From positions 248,001 to 312,000 of the forward strand of contig JALMLS010000420.1 of assembly GCA_038496445.1 (NCBI GenBank): a stretch of 64,000 nucleotides of DNA, written 5' to 3'. The position numbers and the translations under genes were made by a program. The DNA is from Trichosphaerium sp. ATCC 40318 (lineage: Eukaryota > Protista > Tubulinea). Positions within the stretch are counted from its first letter, which is position 1. Each line of letters begins with the position of its first letter. Of this stretch, positions 59,400-64,000 are shown piece after piece. The notes beneath the pieces were generated by a model. That model searched no databases, was not told where the DNA came from, and saw nothing but the letters and a program-made list of their open reading frames with translations.

Positions 59400-62300
59400 T
59401 TAATTGTTTTTTGGTAAGCGCAAGTTAAGTTTCTTGAACTGGAAAGGCACAGGTGGTTTAACAAGCCTCATAGCAACAGGTTCCAAATCAGGTGCATCTG
59501 TATGAACACCATTCATTGCCCTTGGAGGAATACCATTTCCATTAGAAGCAGATCTTGGCCTTGTTGTTGTTGTTCGAGTATGATCTTCTGTTCGCCTTTC
59601 AGCAGGCATTGAAGATCTCTTACGCTTTTTAGAGCTGCTTGAAGATCGTTTAGGCATCTTAGATGAAACATGCAAGTCAACATGTCGTGTAAGCGGATCT
59701 GGGAGTTTATCATAAAAGAGGGACTTGTCAATGTTTATATTCTTAGATGACGACGTCTTTCTCCTCTTATGAGGTCTGCTAGACTTGTGTGACTTTGTCT
59801 AAGAACACGTAAGCGCAAAATACGATAAAAAGAAGCAAAAAGAAGGCTGAGGTTCAAAGACTAAGACGTACCTTAGCAGCAGAGGGCAAAGTTGTCTCTG
59901 TTGGTACAATAGGTACTGGAGCTGCGCTTGGCGCAGTTTGAGGTGCAGGAGCTGGTGGTGCATCGTCTCTAGCGTTGGGTTGAACTTGATCTGTAAATCT
60001 CTTCGATATAGAGATTTTAAGACCTTTGCGACCTGCTAATCTTGCTCTTTCGAATACTGAAGGACTTTCGGGCCTAGATGGCTAAAAGAAGATAGTAAGC
60101 GGTAGAAAGGTTGTTAATTGAAACAGCGTACAACAGGTGAGGTAGGTGGTGTTTTCTTTTGACGTTCTGGAACCACTGTCTTTGCAAATGGTTGTGTCTT
60201 TTCAAGGTCCTCCTTTATCCTTGCTGCTGATTCAGCTGCTCTACTAGCCTTTGGGGTTCTAGGTATTACAGCCGAAATAGATAGTTTTAGGCCCTTATCT
60301 CTCTTAACCTTCATTTGAACAGGTTCAGCAACCTTTTCTTCTACGACTGGGGCTACTGGTACTGCTGGTTCCGGTTCTGGTACTGGTTCATCAAGAGACA
60401 TAGCAGGAACCATAGGAGAAGATTTAAGAACGGAAGCTTCATCAATAGGAACACTATAGAGTGTAAGTAGAAGAATATAACAAGGTTCTTTTGAGCGCGT
60501 AGTACCTCTTTACAAGATGTGGTCTATTAGCATCGCTATGTGATAGAGGCTTCACTACAGGTGTTGACGATAGTGCGATCTGTTCTTCAGGTTGCCAATC
60601 GTCAAAGTCGATAGGTTCATTTAGAGGAATATTACGTTTAGGTTTGTTAACCTAAGTCAAGGTAGTTAAGTACTTTACTATTAAGATGTTGATGTCTACA
60701 CGTACAACTGGGGACCAATCACCATCAGGCGCAGGAACTTGGCGTGAAGGCGTCTAGGGTTATTAGAACCAATGCTAAGAAAAAAAATAGATTGCACGTA
60801 CACGAACACGGTCTCTCTTTGGTTTTGGCTTTGGCGGTGGTCGCTTTCGCTGCACCTTTGCCTTCTTCGAGCTACGCCTTGTATTATCGCTTGGTCGCTT
60901 CACCGGTCGTCTAACAGGGGTACTAGATCTACGTGTCTTTCGTGGATGGATTGTACGCTCATGATCTCTAAACTCAGAGAGAACTTCTCTCTCATATTCA
61001 GCGATTTTAGGTCGCTAAAAAACAGCGTCAACGCAATTCATAAGTACAAAAAAAATTACCTTTTTGAGTTCTTGATTCATTATTGAGTATAACTTCTTTG
61101 CACTTGGCACAAGAGCAGGTGTGGATACTTTATAACGACCACCATTATACAAGATGCAATTATCAACCATGAGCTTGAAATCAGCCATAATCTCTTTACG
61201 TGACCTGTACTCCATTTGTTGTATACCTTCCTTTATAACACCCAAGTGAATAGGTTCTTCAACAACAGAAGCATAATCAGGCACTTGCCTAGGAGGTACA
61301 GCAGCTTGAAAAGGTCGAGACTGAAAGAAAAAAAAAAGTGAGTAAATAAAAAGACACAAAACACAGTTGGTTCAAACCAGACTTACCAATGGGTTATCCC
61401 ATACGACTTGAAGGCACTCAGCAAATAAATCTATCAATCTGACCATTGGCGAAGCATCACTACGACTTCTACGGCCTCTAGGTCTTGGATTATGCATATC
61501 TATATCTAGATCGTCCTCTTCATCTAATTCGTCATCTTCTATCTCCCACTCGCGTACTTTTCGTTTTGAAGACTGCGATTTCTTTCCAGAAAGCAATTTA
61601 GAAGATAACGTGAGTTTTGTTCCTTCGACTTTAAACCCGCTTGCAGCTTTTGGCTCTCGCTCCCTCTTTCTAGGAGCTCTTGCTGGCTTTTTAGGTTCCT
61701 CTTGGTATAGTGGACACACTCGGTTTGTTTTCATATGACCAACCATACCACAACGTCCACATTTCAACTAGAAAGGTGATAAGTTGACATAGCTTTGAAG
61801 AAAGAAAAAAAGAAAAAAAAAAGATTGAGCTCAAAAATCCGTGTCGAGGTCATTAAATAAGTTCAAAAGATATGTAAATACATACCGCTACGTTTGTTTT
61901 ACCAATAGCACCATTCAAATCACCTTCTTCAAGACGTTTAATGAGAATCTTACGATTCTCAAGATTCTTTTTGATACGTCTAACACGCTCTTGAAGTCTA
62001 CGCTTTTCTCGTCTTTTCTTAACACGATCACGCTCTTCATCCTCAGTAACACCAGGACTAATAAGAAAGTAAGTATACGCAAGCAATAAACACAAAAAAA
62101 CTGAAAGAAAAAAAATCAAAAAGCAAAAAGAAAGAACTTACCGCCATCGTCTTGCACGATGCTTATTCTGCTTATGAATGATACGTTTAATCTCATCAGG
62201 ATCCTTGATAATCTCATGAACCTCTCTTTCAGTACCATCCCGACCAATCTCCTTTCTGACTCTCTTAAGTACACGTCTACCACTCTGAATACCCTTCAAA

Positions 62301-64000
62301 AAGTCGTCCAAGTTCTTATCAGTTAATTCATTAAGAGCAGAAATATCTTGGTTTTTGAACTTTGGCCTTGACCCTGGCCTTCCAGAAGGTCCATCTTCCA
62401 TCATTGTAAGCTGTAGTAAGTCATCCATATGCTTCTTCTCGGAATCAGCATCAATCTCATCACCATCGTCACCTCCAAGAACATTCTTTAAACGTCTTGG
62501 TGCTCGTTTCTTTTTTGATTTTTTGGCTAAAGCTGAGGTAACCTCATCGAGGAACTGACTGTAATCCTCATCTTCTTCATCTTCTTCTTCAGAAGAGAAC
62601 ATAGGATCAGTCTCACTCAAAGCACGTATTTGATTATCAAAGATTGCTTGACAAGTATCATTGTATTGTTGCTGATGCATTGCAACACTTTTACGTTTAT
62701 GACGTGCGAATTTGAGCACATCTTCACGCTCTTCACCGGCTTCTTTGGCGCGGTTAGATAGGATCCTAACCATGGCAATACGATCCCAACGACCAAGTTT
62801 TGCGATAGCTGCATCTCTCATACCAAGTTCCAGCAGTACGTTACGAGCATGTTCAAGAGATAATTTACGTAAATCAGCTGATGTTCCAGTAACATTTGTC
62901 TTGGTCTTTGGTTCTTTTGTTGCACCTGTAGATGCCGTAGAGGCTTTTTGGGCCATACGGACATAACTAAAGGCTTCGCCACGCTGACCTGAAGGGTCAC
63001 CAAAACCGGTTAATTGAAGTAGACCTTTTCCACTCACAGCAGTCAAGAAATTGCTAGAAATCAACTTTGTTAGCTTCAAGTTTTTTTTCAGAAACATTAA
63101 CAAAGTACCTTGTGAGATTCCAAGGTGTGAGTTGCAGTGTCTTTAATATATACTCAGCTGATTCTTTAGAAGTGCCAGGTTTTATATCACGTTCAAAATT
63201 TTGTACACAAGTGATAAGAGCAGGTGTAACATTGTTCAAACGTTCCTATAATTAAAAAACAATTAAAACGAAGAATTGTAATAACAGACCGGTTGTAAAT
63301 CTCTATACATACCACACCAGCTTCATGAACACGCTGTATTCCCGCAGCCATAGCTTCGTATTGACATACCATCTCAGGTGATACCATACCTTGAATATCT
63401 TCCTCGGAAGGTATCTGAAAACCGGCTTTTAAAACCCAACTTCCGCTCTCATCACCACCACGTTGAAAGGTTGAACAGTACTAAAACAAATCATAAGCAA
63501 TCAGAGGAGAAGTACACGTTTTGAACTCACCTTCAGCCGTTTACGAATTGAGTTATCAGAGTTACCAGGAAAACTTTTTGAAATATCGCTAATTTTCACA
63601 GCAGGTAATGCTTTGAACTTTTGTCTGCTTTTCTTTGCTCTGAATTCGCGATAAACTCGAGCTTGAAGTCTCATTTTGATATAATCATTAGAACTACGAG
63701 AATTTGGTGCCCAGACCTACACGAGAAAAAGAGTGTAAGCAAGGAACAAAGAAAGAAAAGACACCATGAAACAGAAAAGAAAATACGTACCTCAGTGCAT
63801 GGTTGGCATTGACCAACACAGTAGACGGCTGGTATCTCTCTTATGATTATACGATCACCACTACGAACCAACAAGAAGTCTGTTTCTCTTGGTGTATGAG
63901 CAAACATTGGCGCTTTGTAAAGATTATTCTCAAGACTTTGAAGCGCAGTTCCAGGTCTTATATCACCAACAAAAGGAGACCTAACCTCAGGCTCTAAAAA
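59400..64000 (-). CDS. TAF1: TFIID subunit 1, 3' portion (5' end beyond the window)
   Basis: TDFLLVR, IREIP.VY.VGQ, SPEMVCQYEAM, LQLTPWNLT, LQLTGFGDPSG.RGEAFSY, TGTSADLRKLSL, zinc knuckle KCGRCGMVGHMKTNRVCP, one bromodomain (PDYASVV...DNCILYNG). Confidence 0.95.

Noticed and set aside
1-64000. Fragmented ORF track as evidence of a non-standard genetic code or of prokaryotic operons/CRISPR
   Set aside because: In the conserved genes checked, stops fall inside GT/GC-AG introns; long exons (TAF1 321 aa, F-box/LRR) read cleanly in the standard code; no repeat-spacer array seen

Overview
Eukaryotic nuclear DNA, AT-rich (about 35% GC by eye), gene-dense, with many short (about 40-130 nt) spliceosomal introns and the standard genetic code. 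The gene content (IKS1/iksA-type kinase, villin, single-bromodomain TAF1, LamG and PT-stalk surface proteins) suggests a free-living protist, probably an amoebozoan (inference). Conserved genes reconstructed across exons: RPA1, SCO1, IKS1-like kinase, M14 carboxypeptidase, RPB11, PRP31, CCDC97-like, ankyrin-DENN, a TPR protein, villin, an ARF-like GTPase and the 3' part of TAF1. The left 26 kb is a rearranged accessory region: an eroded inverted segmental duplication (about 1.2-8.2 kb versus 17.6-25.7 kb) carrying a family of predicted GPI-anchored, FG-GAP-like/Cys-rich/PT-stalk surface proteins. These genes are mosaics of each other, share a roughly 650-bp intergenic module present in three copies, and have an orphan fragment at about 40.6-41.0 kb. 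Window-wide signals: about 10 GC-AG introns (several forced by conserved protein motifs, some with non-textbook GC donors) and a strong excess of CACGTG (47 counted versus about 6 expected from base composition). Some single-base frameshifts fall in homopolymers and may be assembly errors. Multi-exon gene models were built by eye, so some boundaries are approximate.
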